Origin: a virus
Strand: one strand, 5' to 3'
DNA length: 64,000 nt
IMG/VR virus record: IMGVR_UViG_3300020183_000008
Location: 64,001-128,000 of that record
Part shown: piece after piece, positions 36,846-47,056 of the stretch
Numbering within the stretch: position 1 is the first letter of the stretch
Layout of the letters: every line of letters begins with the position of its first letter
Notes under the pieces: generated by a model
What the model was told of the DNA's origin: nothing
The model's database searches: none
Seen by the model: only the letters and a program-made list of their open reading frames with translations
Position numbers and translations under genes: made by a program

Positions 36846-39160
36846 TGCAGATTGTAAAACGTAATGGAAAAAAAGAAGACGTTAAGTTCGACAAAATCCT
36901 GCAACGAGTGAAAAATCTTTCGGATGGTTTGAAAGTTGAGCCTGTAGCTGTTTCTCAAAAAGTTGTAGCTGGTCTTGTTGATGGTATTTCATCGACCAAG
37001 ATTGATGAGTTGTTGGCAGAAACCGCAGCCGTGCTCACAACCGAGCACCCTGACTACGCTTGTTTGGCTGCAAGAATTTCAGTATCCGCCTTACATAAGG
37101 TCACAGCTTCGTCGTTCTACCAAACGATGAAACAGCTTTATAAAGAAGGTGTCCTTTCAGATCAGTTCATCGAATTTTTGCGCGGAAATGGGCAAAAGAT
37201 TGATGCCATGCTCGATTATGAGCGTGACTTTAATTTTGAATACTTTGGTTACAAAACACTAGAAAAAGGCTACCTGCAAAAGATCAATGGGAAGATTGTT
37301 GAGAGACCTCAACATCTATTTATGCGCGTTGCCGTTGGTGTCGCCGGTTTGGGTGGTGGCACTCTGGATGATGTGAAAGAACTGTACGAAATGATTTCGA
37401 ACGGTTTGTACACTCACGCGACACCTACGCTGTTCAATGCGGGTACAAAAAGACCTCAACTTTCGAGTTGTTTCCTTACATCCATGAAATCTGACAGCAT
37501 CGAAGGCATATATGACACTCTTAAAGAGTGCGCTTTAATTTCAAAAAATGCAGGTGGTATCGGTCTTCATGTTCACAATATTCGTGCTACAGGCAGCCCT
37601 ATCCGTGGAATCAACGGCACGAGCGATGGTATCATCCCGATGCTCAAAAACTTCAATGAGACTGCACGATATGTAAATCAAGGTGGTCGTCGTAAGGGAT
37701 CATTTGCAATTTATCTCGAACCTTGGCACGCGGATGTCGAGGCTTACCTTGACCTAAAAAAGAATACAGGGAAAGAAGAAATGCGGGCGAGAGACCTCTA
37801 TCTTGCTCTGTGGATTCCAGATCTTTTCATGAAGCGTGTCAGAGAAGATGGAAACTGGACTTTGATGTGCCCTGATGAATGCCCTAACTTGCCTGATGTT
37901 TGGGGTGATGAGTTTGAGAAACTCTACACCAAGTATGAATCTGAAAATCGCGGTCGCAAAACCATCAAAGCGCGAGAATTGATGGCGAAAATCATCGAAG
38001 CTCAGATTGAAACAGGTGTACCTTATATTTTGTTCAAAGATGCAGCGAACGCTAAGTCAAACCAACAAAATCTTGGCACCATCAAGTCATCGAATTTGTG
38101 CTGCGAAATTATTGAATACTCAGATCCAACAGAAACCGCTGTTTGTAACTTGGCAAGCATCTGTTTGCCTAAGTTTGTCAAAAATGGGGCATTTGATCAT
38201 GAGGCTCTCGGCAAAGTCGTGCGTGTTGCGACTCGGAATTTGAACCGTGTTATCGACATCAACTATTATCCGACACCCGCTACTAAAAAATCGAATGATA
38301 GGCATCGCCCGATTGGATTGGGTGTGCAAGGTCTGGCTGATGTTTTCTTTATGTTAGGTCTGCCATTCGAATCTGTAAAAGCACAAGAGTTGAATCAGCA
38401 AATTGCTGAAACGATTTATTTTCACGCTGTCACTGAATCGGTTGAACTTGCGAAAGAACAGGGAGCCTACGCGACCTTCCAAGGGTCACCTGCATCTCAA
38501 GGAAAACTTCAGTATCATCTTTGGGGTGTAACTCCCACGATGAAATACGACTGGAAAGGTCTTGAGAAAAATGTTGTTGAATTTGGACTGAGAAACTCTC
38601 TCTTGGTCGCACCCATGCCTACAGCTTCAACCGCTTCTATTTTTGGCAACATCGAGTGTTTCGAAGCTATTACCTCAAACCTCTATAAGAGAATGGTTTT
38701 GGCAGGGGAGTTTGTTCTGGTAAACAAATATCTTGTAGCCGACCTTGAAAAGCTGAATCTCTGGAACAAAGAGATGCGGGATCAAATCATCGCTGAAGGT
38801 GGTTCAATCGCAGGTGTCTTCGAAATCCCCGATGAAATCAAACAAGTGTATAAAACTGTTTGGGAAATTAAAAACCGAACAATCATCGACATGGCTGCGG
38901 CACGTGGTCCTTTTGTTTGCCAAAGTCAGTCTATGAATCTCTGGTTTGCAAAACCGACGTTTGGGGCAATCAACTCCGCGTTGTTCTATTCATGGGAGCG
39001 TGGATTAAAGACAGGTAGCTACTATATCCGAACGAAACCCGCTCTTGAAGCAGTAAAAGTCACGACAAACACTAAAACAGATAAACCTGAATATACGGCT
39101 CAAGAAGCTATCGTATGTTCTCTCGACAACCCAGAAGACTGTGTTGCTTGCTCTTCATAA
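36842..39160 (+). CDS. nrdA: Ribonucleoside-diphosphate reductase class Ia, alpha subunit
   Basis: ATP cone (IVKRNG), ATPTLFNAG, SSCF, SNLCCEI, VCNLAS, GSYY, C-terminal CVAC. Confidence 0.97.
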   Translation: MMQIVKRNGKKEDVKFDKILQRVKNLSDGLKVEPVAVSQKVVAGLVDGISSTKIDELLAETAAVLTTEHPDYACLAARISVSALHKVTASSFYQTMKQLYKEGVLSDQFIEFLRGNGQKIDAMLDYERDFNFEYFGYKTLEKGYLQKINGKIVERPQHLFMRVAVGVAGLGGGTLDDVKELYEMISNGLYTHATPTLFNAGTKRPQLSSCFLTSMKSDSIEGIYDTLKECALISKNAGGIGLHVHNIRATGSPIRGINGTSDGIIPMLKNFNETARYVNQGGRRKGSFAIYLEPWHADVEAYLDLKKNTGKEEMRARDLYLALWIPDLFMKRVREDGNWTLMCPDECPNLPDVWGDEFEKLYTKYESENRGRKTIKARELMAKIIEAQIETGVPYILFKDAANAKSNQQNLGTIKSSNLCCEIIEYSDPTETAVCNLASICLPKFVKNGAFDHEALGKVVRVATRNLNRVIDINYYPTPATKKSNDRHRPIGLGVQGLADVFFMLGLPFESVKAQELNQQIAETIYFHAVTESVELAKEQGAYATFQGSPASQGKLQYHLWGVTPTMKYDWKGLEKNVVEFGLRNSLLVAPMPTASTASIFGNIECFEAITSNLYKRMVLAGEFVLVNKYLVADLEKLNLWNKEMRDQIIAEGGSIAGVFEIPDEIKQVYKTVWEIKNRTIIDMAAARGPFVCQSQSMNLWFAKPTFGAINSALFYSWERGLKTGSYYIRTKPALEAVKVTTNTKTDKPEYTAQEAIVCSLDNPEDCVACSS

Positions 39161-39168
39161 GGTGATTT

Positions 39169-40095
39169 ATGACAGATAATAGATATTCTATTTTTCCAAT
39201 CAAGCATTCAAATTTGTGGGAAGCCTTCAAAGTTCATCAGCGTGCGATCTGGACTCTTGAAGAGCTAGATTTTGCGAGAGACCTACAAGATCTTCCAAAA
39301 CTCACAGCGGGTGAATTACATTTTGTTACTTGGGTGCTAGCATTTTTTGCTCAATCAGATGGAATTGTGAATGAAAATTTGGCAATCCGTTTCTATAAAG
39401 ATGTAGAAATTCCAGAAGCTCGCGCCTTCTACACAATGCAAATGCTCATCGAGACTGTACATGCTGAAACGTATGGCAAGTTGATCGAGACTTATGTTTC
39501 TGACTCTCAAGAGCGGAATAAGTTGTTCAACGCGATCGAAAATATCCCAACTATCGCCGAAAAAGCGAAATGGGCGATGAAGTGGATTGATTCACAAGAA
39601 AACTTTGCAAAACGATTAGTCGCATTCGCTGTTGTTGAAGGCATTTTTTTCAGTGGGAGTTTTTGCGCGATTTTTTGGTTTAGAAAGCGGGGCTTACTTC
39701 CAGGTTTAGCGAGTGCCAACAATTTGATTGCTCGTGATGAAGGTTTGCATTGGGTTTTTGCAGCCGAACTTTTCAAAGAGATGGGCTTGAAACTAAGTGT
39801 TGAAGATTTCAGAACGATCGTGACCGAAGCGGTCGAAATCGAACGTCATTTCATCACCGATGCTTTGCCTGTCAGCCTGATTGGAATGAATGCAACTCTC
39901 ATGGCACAATATATTGAGTACACAGCGGACAGATTGTGCGAAAAATTTGGTTACGAGAAAATTTACAAAGTAGAAAACCCATTTGATTTCATGGCTTTAT
40001 CTGATTTAGAGCTTAAAGGTAATTTCTTCGAAGTGAGGACTACGGAGTACCAAAAGCCTTTATCGAGGTCTCTTGATTTCGACTCTGATTTTTAA
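39169..40095 (+). CDS. nrdB: Ribonucleotide reductase class Ia, beta subunit
   Basis: FFAQSDGIV, ETVHAETY, EGIFFSGSF, RDEGLH, NFFE. Confidence 0.96.
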   Translation: MTDNRYSIFPIKHSNLWEAFKVHQRAIWTLEELDFARDLQDLPKLTAGELHFVTWVLAFFAQSDGIVNENLAIRFYKDVEIPEARAFYTMQMLIETVHAETYGKLIETYVSDSQERNKLFNAIENIPTIAEKAKWAMKWIDSQENFAKRLVAFAVVEGIFFSGSFCAIFWFRKRGLLPGLASANNLIARDEGLHWVFAAELFKEMGLKLSVEDFRTIVTEAVEIERHFITDALPVSLIGMNATLMAQYIEYTADRLCEKFGYEKIYKVENPFDFMALSDLELKGNFFEVRTTEYQKPLSRSLDFDSDF

Positions 40096-40110
40096 GTCGA
40101 GTTTAATTTT

Positions 40111-40143
40111 AGGGTGTTTTTCATCCTGAAAAACACCCTTTTT
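40111..40143 (+). terminator. Intrinsic terminator after nrdB
   Basis: 13-bp stem AGGGTGTTTTTCA-TCC-TGAAAAACACCCT followed by a T-run. Confidence 0.75.
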
Positions 40144-40156
40144 AATAGGTAATCTT

Positions 40157-40903
40157 ATGAAAAGTGCTGAGAACTACATAGAGATTCTGAGAAGGTATAA
40201 CAGCTCTTACTACACTTCGAGAGAACCTGAAGTATCAGATCAAGAGTACAATGCTATCAAAAATGAATTTAGACAGCACTACCCAGACCACCCTTTTCTT
40301 CGCGGGGTAGGGGTCACATCAACCCAAACCGAGGCATCAACTTCGGTTTCTGCAAATCACTCCATCGCGATGGTTTCTCTGAAATCTATTTCAGAAGAGG
40401 GTGAGTTTCGCTCTTGGGCGAACGATGTATCTAACGATGGGATTTTCTGTGTGTCGGAGAAAATCATAGGTCAGTCATTCAGTGTTTCTTATTTACAAGG
40501 GAAATTCTACCAAGCTATTACTAAAGGTGATGGTAAAACGGGTATCGATATTTCTAAAGATTTGCGACAAAAATTGCCATTTGGTTTGCCTGTATCGATA
40601 TCAGTAGTCCTTCAAGGGGTCACTTCACCCCAAGGTCTTTATTTTTTTGATTTGCTTGGAAGTATGGTGTTTCATGTGGAACATCAAAAATTTGATTACA
40701 TAAAAAACATTTTGAAACTACAGACTCCGTTTTACAAGAAAGCAGCGTTAGAGGAAGTTGTTTCTATTTATAAGAGCTACAAAAAAAACAGACCCTCATT
40801 CTTGGATGGAATCATCATCACAGTCGATTCAAAGATACAGCAAGAAATGTTAGGTATTGATAAAGATCCACCCGATTATAAAGTGAATTTTAAACTTAGC
40901 TAA
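40157..40903 (+). CDS. Truncated NAD-dependent DNA ligase-like protein (domain Ia plus adenylation domain only)
   Basis: YYTSREPEVSDQEY, MVSL, EKIIG, TKGDGKTG, DGIII; ends at motif V with no OB/Zn/HhH/BRCT domains. Confidence 0.8.
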   Translation: MKSAENYIEILRRYNSSYYTSREPEVSDQEYNAIKNEFRQHYPDHPFLRGVGVTSTQTEASTSVSANHSIAMVSLKSISEEGEFRSWANDVSNDGIFCVSEKIIGQSFSVSYLQGKFYQAITKGDGKTGIDISKDLRQKLPFGLPVSISVVLQGVTSPQGLYFFDLLGSMVFHVEHQKFDYIKNILKLQTPFYKKAALEEVVSIYKSYKKNRPSFLDGIIITVDSKIQQEMLGIDKDPPDYKVNFKLS

Positions 40904-40951
40904 TTTCGGCGGATACTTGTTTATAAGAGCTTCATGTGAGATAAAAATTAC

Positions 40952-42607
40952 ATGAACGACATAGAAATTCATGAAAAAGTCCAAGCAATTCTTCATGAGC
41001 ATGGAAGTGAAAGCGACCGTGCTATTCTTAAATTTGAGCAGAACATAAGCACTTTTATAACGAATGTTTACATCAATTACCCTTCAGGTCTGTCATGGAA
41101 CGCTACCCATGCTTTGGGTCAAGAGTTTGCAAAATCGACTGAGGTAGAAGGGCATTTGCTTTTCTTTTTGAACAACAAAATCGCATCCGAAGGGCATACC
41201 TGCTACCCCTTGAGTTTGCTTTTCGGAGCCATGAAATACAACTTTCCGTATCTGAAAAACGAAAAAGTTGATTTAGAGAATGCGCTTAGAAAACTTATAG
41301 ACCTAGGGAAAGTTGTAATAAAAAACAAAACCGTGTGGATACAACATTCCTACTCCGATGAATCCAAAATTCTCAGTGGTTTAAGAGATGTAGTGAGTCG
41401 ACCTTCAGATGTAGAAGTTCCTTTGGATGCCTTCACAGCGGGTTTGACTGAAATGCAAGCATCGGTCATCCGCTCACTCAGTAAATCAAGAATGGTAATT
41501 TTGGATGGTTACCCTGGTACCGGAAAAACCTACTTGTCTGCGAAAATTTCTCAGGTTCTTGAAGCCGATGGATTTCAGGTAACTCTGCTTGCTCCAACGG
41601 GTCTCGCTGCAAAAAATCTAAAAGACCGCTGCAATAAACACGCATCAACCATCCATTCTTTTGTCCTATCTCAAAAAAATAAAGAAAAATCTTTGCAAGG
41701 TAGACACGCATTTCTCATCGATGAGTTTTCGATGGTTGACACGCGTATCTTCTCAGATTTTTTTGAAGTCATACAAGATTGTGAACCGTTTTTAGTTCTT
41801 GTCGGTGATACGAATCAACTTCCATCTGTAGGTGGTGGAAACCTTCTTTCTGAAATCATATCTTTGAAACAAATACTAAATTTCTCTTATACTCAGCTAA
41901 CTGAAATCATTCGTCAAAAAACTGGTAGTGAGATTGCTCAAAATGCAGCTTTGATTAGGTCGGGTAAAACAAATTTAATCAACGCTTCTGAATTTAAGTT
42001 TTACGAAATGAATGAACGAGAAATACCTAATTTGATTTTGAAGTCAGCGCAAAAACTGATGGCTGAGAAGAGAAATTTTGTAGTTCTATCACCTGTGAAA
42101 AAAGGCTCATGTGGTGTAGATTTTTTGAATATCAAGTTGAAAGAGATATTCAATCCACCTGCAATAGAAAAAAGAGAATTAAACTCTTGGCGTGAAGGTG
42201 ATCGAATCCTGGTCAATAGAAACTTTTACGATTTAGGTTTGGTTAATGGTGATATCGGTCACATAAAAGAAATTCTAGCGAACAATAATATGATTATTTC
42301 GGTCGCAGGAAAAGAGTTTCAAATAAACAACGAAGTGATCGTAAATTTGAAATTATCCTACGCAATCACGGTTCATAAATCGCAAGGGTTGGAATTCGAG
42401 ACAGTAATAATGCCTTTCGTAGATGCGTTTGGAACCATGTTAAAAAACAGGCTACTTTACACTGCTATCACACGAGCTAAACAAAAATGTGTTGTATTTG
42501 GTTCATCTTCAGCATTGTCGAAAGCAATTCGAAACACCAAAGATCAAGATAGATTTACAGGACTGCGTTTGCTTGAGACTGGGAAGCCTTCGTGGAGTAA
42601 GACATGA
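40952..42607 (+). CDS. RecD2/TraA-like SF1B helicase
   Basis: GYPGTGKT, APTGLAA, TIH, IDEFSM, VGDTNQLPSV, SYAITVHKSQGLEF, YTAITRAK. Confidence 0.93.
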   Translation: MNDIEIHEKVQAILHEHGSESDRAILKFEQNISTFITNVYINYPSGLSWNATHALGQEFAKSTEVEGHLLFFLNNKIASEGHTCYPLSLLFGAMKYNFPYLKNEKVDLENALRKLIDLGKVVIKNKTVWIQHSYSDESKILSGLRDVVSRPSDVEVPLDAFTAGLTEMQASVIRSLSKSRMVILDGYPGTGKTYLSAKISQVLEADGFQVTLLAPTGLAAKNLKDRCNKHASTIHSFVLSQKNKEKSLQGRHAFLIDEFSMVDTRIFSDFFEVIQDCEPFLVLVGDTNQLPSVGGGNLLSEIISLKQILNFSYTQLTEIIRQKTGSEIAQNAALIRSGKTNLINASEFKFYEMNEREIPNLILKSAQKLMAEKRNFVVLSPVKKGSCGVDFLNIKLKEIFNPPAIEKRELNSWREGDRILVNRNFYDLGLVNGDIGHIKEILANNNMIISVAGKEFQINNEVIVNLKLSYAITVHKSQGLEFETVIMPFVDAFGTMLKNRLLYTAITRAKQKCVVFGSSSALSKAIRNTKDQDRFTGLRLLETGKPSWSKT

Positions 42608-43170
42608 ATGAAAGTCGAATGAATGAGATAATCTTAGATATAACAAAAATGCAGATTGATTTATCAGGGAATCAAGCTGACATCACTCGTTATTATTTGA
42701 CTCAAATTCTTGCAGTTGGGAATGCTCATCTGAACAGATGTTCTGAGTTTCTTAATGAAGCCGTAGATTCTATTCGAAAGCTAGAACCTGTTTTAGACAA
42801 TTCTGAAGATCAGCTTTCTCTATCTGAAGATGACCTTTATTTAAACGACAATCAGGTTCAACAACTTTCGAGTCAAAGATTGAAAGATGCTTTTGTTCGA
42901 CAAAAAACTAAAGATCTTCGTCACCGTGTTATTGAGTTAAGGTCTAAAAAGAAGAGCCTCACCAATTTAGTAAAGATTATTGAAAACCGTATGAAATCTA
43001 TTCAGAACACGATTGTTTCTGTAAAGAAACAATTCGAAAGTACGATGATGACCGCGAAATATCTTAACTTTGATCCCACGGCAGTCGAAACACCGATAAA
43101 TACAATTCATTCCGACCCTGCGCTCATCGATCCTATCGAGGATCCAGCTCTATCTGATTTGTTAGGCTAA
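42604..43170 (+). CDS. Coiled-coil protein, possibly a UvsY-like recombination mediator
   Basis: All-helical, 188 aa, within the recombination cluster; similarity is only an impression. Confidence 0.4.
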   Translation: MNESRMNEIILDITKMQIDLSGNQADITRYYLTQILAVGNAHLNRCSEFLNEAVDSIRKLEPVLDNSEDQLSLSEDDLYLNDNQVQQLSSQRLKDAFVRQKTKDLRHRVIELRSKKKSLTNLVKIIENRMKSIQNTIVSVKKQFESTMMTAKYLNFDPTAVETPINTIHSDPALIDPIEDPALSDLLG

Positions 43171-43233
43171 TGACGTAATAAGTACAAGTGGTTCCGGTAT
43201 TGACTATAATCAAGTAAGTAGAGGGAACCATAA

Positions 43234-43707
43234 ATGGAACTTACTAAGAAAAAAAAGGAAAAGAGGGCTGAAGGTGAGCACACCGAGGGTTACTTGCGAA
43301 TCCTCGAAAGACGCAAACGTGAAGCTAGTTATAAATTGTATAAAAAGATGGAGATCGTAGACTTGCTTACAGGAGTCTGTGATTTACCAAAAGCAAAAAT
43401 TGGAAATGTTTTTGATGCTTTCTGTGATTTACTTGTGGAAATTTCACACACAGAAAGCATCATCCAATTTCCAAAATTCGGTCGAATCATCTTTGAACCT
43501 AAGTTTCAAAGACGCATTTTTAATCCAAAGCTAGATCGCACTGTTATTTACCAGAACCCTCGCATCACTCTTCGATTGTCAGCGAGGTTGAGAACTTTGC
43601 TTCGAAAGCAATTCCGGAGAAACTGTTATCAGCTCTATGAGTTGAACGGTTTAACTCCAAGTGTTTATGTTAGATCTGAAAGAAAAAAGAAGGGCGCTGA
43701 TGAATAA
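43234..43707 (+). CDS. HU/IHF-family DNA-binding protein
   Basis: KMEIVDLL...VFDAF...IQFPKFGRI...RRIFNPK...LRLSARLR, with N- and C-terminal extensions. Confidence 0.75.
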   Translation: MELTKKKKEKRAEGEHTEGYLRILERRKREASYKLYKKMEIVDLLTGVCDLPKAKIGNVFDAFCDLLVEISHTESIIQFPKFGRIIFEPKFQRRIFNPKLDRTVIYQNPRITLRLSARLRTLLRKQFRRNCYQLYELNGLTPSVYVRSERKKKGADE

Positions 43708-46036
43708 AGATCAGATCAAGTTTGAAGAGGAATTGCCTTTGATGCCTATTAGGGATGTAGTCATGTTTCCGAACATGATTATACCTTTTTTCGTAGGCAG
43801 AGAAGAATCCATCCGTTCTATCAACTTCGCCTTGCAGCACACCCACCGAGTTGTGATTTGCGCGTCGCAAAAAGATATCTTGAATGATAAACCGTCTCCT
43901 TCAGACATCTATGAAATCGGTACTGCTTGTTTAATCGTCCGCACCAAAAATGTACCTGATGGACGGGTTAAAATTTTGGTTCAAGGGCTAGGTAAAGTAA
44001 AAATAACCGAGTTTGTGTCATCCAATCCTTATGTAGTTAAATATGAAAGGATAGATGAACCCGCCGATTCTCAAGAGGATCCTGAAACAATCGCTATCGT
44101 ACAGCTCGTGAAAGATAACATCACTCAGCTTATCGATCTCGGGAAGTTTATTACTGCCGAGGCTCCAGCTATCCTTGAAGAAACAGATGCAGGTAAACTT
44201 GCAGATTTACTTGCGGTAAATCTAACCCTCAAGGTCTCTGAAAGCTACGCTCTTCTTGAAGAAATTTCCCCTAAGAAACGACTAGATATCATTAACAAGC
44301 ATCTTGTAGCTGATATTGAAATCCACAAAATTCAGCAAAAAATAAAAAACACTACAAAAGAAGAGATGACTAAAACTCAACGCGAGTATTATTTGCGTGA
44401 GCAACTCCAATCTATTCGCAAAGAGCTAGGCGAAGTAGAAGACAAGGAAGGTTATTCGAAAAAAATCAAAGATGCGAAAATGCCTCCTGAAGCTGAAAAA
44501 GAAGCTCTGAAACAAGCTAAGAGGTTGGATTCTTTAAGCCCTGATTCTTCCGAAAGCGGCTTGATTAAACATTATCTTGATTGGATGGTCGAGGTTCCTT
44601 GGTCAATCTCTACTGAAGATGATACAAGCATTTTGCATAGCCGAGAAATCTTGAACGAAGACCATTTCGGTCTTGAAGATGTGAAAGAAAGAATTCTTGA
44701 ATTCTTATCAGTAAGAAAACTTAAAGCTGATAGTAAAGGTCCTATCTTATGTTTTGTTGGACCCCCTGGTGTTGGTAAAACTAGCATCGGTCGATCTATC
44801 GCTAAATCTCTCGGACGCAAGTATATTCGCTGTTCTTTAGGTGGTGTCCGTGATGAGGCTGAAATTAGAGGTCATCGTCGAACCTATATTGGTTCCATGC
44901 CAGGAAAAATCATTCAAAGCCTAAAACAAGCAGGTAGCAATAACCCTGTTTTTATCTTGGATGAGATTGATAAGATGGGGCGTGACTTTAGAGGTGATCC
45001 ATCAGCGGCTTTGCTCGAAGTTCTTGACCCTGAGCAAAACAGAGAATTTAAAGACCATTATCTAAATGTACCTTTTGATGTAAGCCAAGTTTTTTTCATC
45101 GCCACAGCAAACTCGTTGGATACGATTCCAGGACCTTTGCTAGACCGCATGGAAGTCATCAAGGTATCAGGTTATACTGATCGTGAAAAACTTGAAATCT
45201 GTAAACAATACCTTTTGCCTAAACAGCAAACAGAAAACGGTTTGAGCGATAAAGTTATTGAATTTACAGAATCAGCGATTCAAAAGATTATTCGAGGTTA
45301 TACGCGAGAAAACGGTTTGCGTAATCTTGAAAGGCTTGCCTCTAAAATTTATCGTAAAATTGCCCTGAAAGTCGCTGAAGATGGTGTTGATGGTAATTTC
45401 AAGATCGATGCTGAGGATATTCCGACCTACTTAGGTAGTGTGAAGTATCTCGATGATGACTTGGCTGAAAAAGATTTGGTAGGGGTTGTCACAGGTCTGG
45501 CTTGGACAAGCGTTGGTGGTGAAACTCTGGAAATGGAAGCTATTAAAGTTCCAGACACTACCTTCAACATCAAGGTCACAGGTCAGCTTGGTAGCGTTAT
45601 GAAAGAATCATCAGAGATATCTTTCAGTGTTGTCAAAAGCAAACTCTCTGAATTAGGTGTGAACATCGAGGATCACAAAAACACTTCCATCCACGTTCAT
45701 GCCCTTGATGGAGCCGTGCCAAAAGATGGACCTTCGGCGGGAATCACGATGGCTGTCGCTATAGCGAGTGTCTTGTCTGATCGTCCGATCAGCAGGGATG
45801 TAGCCATGACGGGTGAGCTCTCGTTAACAGGAAGGGTTATGATCATCGGTGGGGTGAAGGAAAAACTAATCGCCGCCGCAAGGAAAGGCTGCAAGAAAGT
45901 CCTCATCCCTAAAGATAACTTCAAAGACTTGGAAGATGTTCCCAAAGAGGTTCTCTCAGCTTTAGAGGTGGTTCCTGTGAGTACGATAGATGAAGTATTC
46001 AGCCACTCTCTGAGCAAAAAAAAGAAAAAGGGGTGA
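43700..46036 (+). CDS. lon: ATP-dependent Lon protease (LonA)
   Basis: LPLMPIRD N-domain, GPPGVGKT, LDEIDK, GLAWT, KDGPSAG, IGGVKEK; ATG at 43700. Confidence 0.97.
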   Translation: MNKDQIKFEEELPLMPIRDVVMFPNMIIPFFVGREESIRSINFALQHTHRVVICASQKDILNDKPSPSDIYEIGTACLIVRTKNVPDGRVKILVQGLGKVKITEFVSSNPYVVKYERIDEPADSQEDPETIAIVQLVKDNITQLIDLGKFITAEAPAILEETDAGKLADLLAVNLTLKVSESYALLEEISPKKRLDIINKHLVADIEIHKIQQKIKNTTKEEMTKTQREYYLREQLQSIRKELGEVEDKEGYSKKIKDAKMPPEAEKEALKQAKRLDSLSPDSSESGLIKHYLDWMVEVPWSISTEDDTSILHSREILNEDHFGLEDVKERILEFLSVRKLKADSKGPILCFVGPPGVGKTSIGRSIAKSLGRKYIRCSLGGVRDEAEIRGHRRTYIGSMPGKIIQSLKQAGSNNPVFILDEIDKMGRDFRGDPSAALLEVLDPEQNREFKDHYLNVPFDVSQVFFIATANSLDTIPGPLLDRMEVIKVSGYTDREKLEICKQYLLPKQQTENGLSDKVIEFTESAIQKIIRGYTRENGLRNLERLASKIYRKIALKVAEDGVDGNFKIDAEDIPTYLGSVKYLDDDLAEKDLVGVVTGLAWTSVGGETLEMEAIKVPDTTFNIKVTGQLGSVMKESSEISFSVVKSKLSELGVNIEDHKNTSIHVHALDGAVPKDGPSAGITMAVAIASVLSDRPISRDVAMTGELSLTGRVMIIGGVKEKLIAAARKGCKKVLIPKDNFKDLEDVPKEVLSALEVVPVSTIDEVFSHSLSKKKKKG

Positions 46037-46039
46037 TTT

Positions 46040-46885
46040 GTGGCGGAGATTTACAGGGATAATGAAGGTGTAGTTCTCAAAAAACTCGGCAAACCTGTTC
46101 GCAGAACTATTGTGGACAAAAATACACGAGTTTCTGATGATTTTGACCTGACTACCCCTGAAGAAGAATCGACTCGACCTGTCGGCAAAAGGACTTTGAT
46201 TGCAAACGAAGGTCCTTCCTCAGATGGAAAGATAGATTTCAAAGTTAATCCTGACTGTTTTGACTATCTTTTGCAGTACCACGAATCCTATAAACACCCT
46301 AATGATGCTGAAGGTTACAAGGCGACATCTGAAAAAGTCTGTAATAGTTTCAATAAAATTTTCAAAAGTCAGATGACTCCACCTGAACTAGCTTCTGAAC
46401 TTAATTCGCGTCTTGGGGTATCTGTAGGTGGAACAACACCACCGACAGTCTTAGGGGCAGAAGCCATTAAAAATAGACAAGTCGGTCAGCGATTAAAGCC
46501 ACAAGAAGAACCGAGGCAAGAGCAGCAAAAATCGGAATCTTCCGATGATATTCTTTTTACACCGTTGAAAGTCGAGCGGCTGAGTACCGTTTCGGGTGGT
46601 AAAGTTTTATTGTCAGGTGAACGCTATGAAATTTGTAAAATTTTGAATTGTCCCCATATCTGTGTTGTTTCTCGAAACAAAGGTAAGCTGACTCAAAACG
46701 GTCTGATGCACGCAGCTTGCTCGAATTCAGAGCAAGGGGAAATCGACAAAAAAACTTGCCCGCAAGAAGCACCCCGAAACGACAAAGAAGAATTGGCTTA
46801 TCAACTATTCTTTCAAACATTTGGTGATGAAATGAAAGCTCGAAAGATGCTTTTCATATCTAAAGAGGTATTTTCACCAAAGTAA
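46040..46885 (+). CDS. Hypothetical protein with a Cys-containing C-terminal domain
   Basis: 281 aa, GTG start. Confidence 0.6.
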   Translation: MAEIYRDNEGVVLKKLGKPVRRTIVDKNTRVSDDFDLTTPEEESTRPVGKRTLIANEGPSSDGKIDFKVNPDCFDYLLQYHESYKHPNDAEGYKATSEKVCNSFNKIFKSQMTPPELASELNSRLGVSVGGTTPPTVLGAEAIKNRQVGQRLKPQEEPRQEQQKSESSDDILFTPLKVERLSTVSGGKVLLSGERYEICKILNCPHICVVSRNKGKLTQNGLMHAACSNSEQGEIDKKTCPQEAPRNDKEELAYQLFFQTFGDEMKARKMLFISKEVFSPK

Positions 46886-46888
46886 CTT

Positions 46889-46945
46889 TCCGCCGAAATT
46901 TATTTTTGGTGAGGTATTGATTTTTCCGCCGAAATCACGGACGAT
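46889..46945 (+). promoter_or_regulatory. Two TCCGCCGAA motifs and a putative promoter upstream of SSB
   Basis: Motifs at 46889 and 46925; TTGATT(46917)-N17-GACGAT. Confidence 0.5.
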
Positions 46946-47056
46946 AAAAAAGGTAAGGGAATTGCCAAGGTCGAAGAGTGATGATCTTTGACTAAACTCA
47001 CTATGACCAAGTGAGATTCCGACAAAGACTAACGGTCAAAAGTCAAGAGGTGAATC

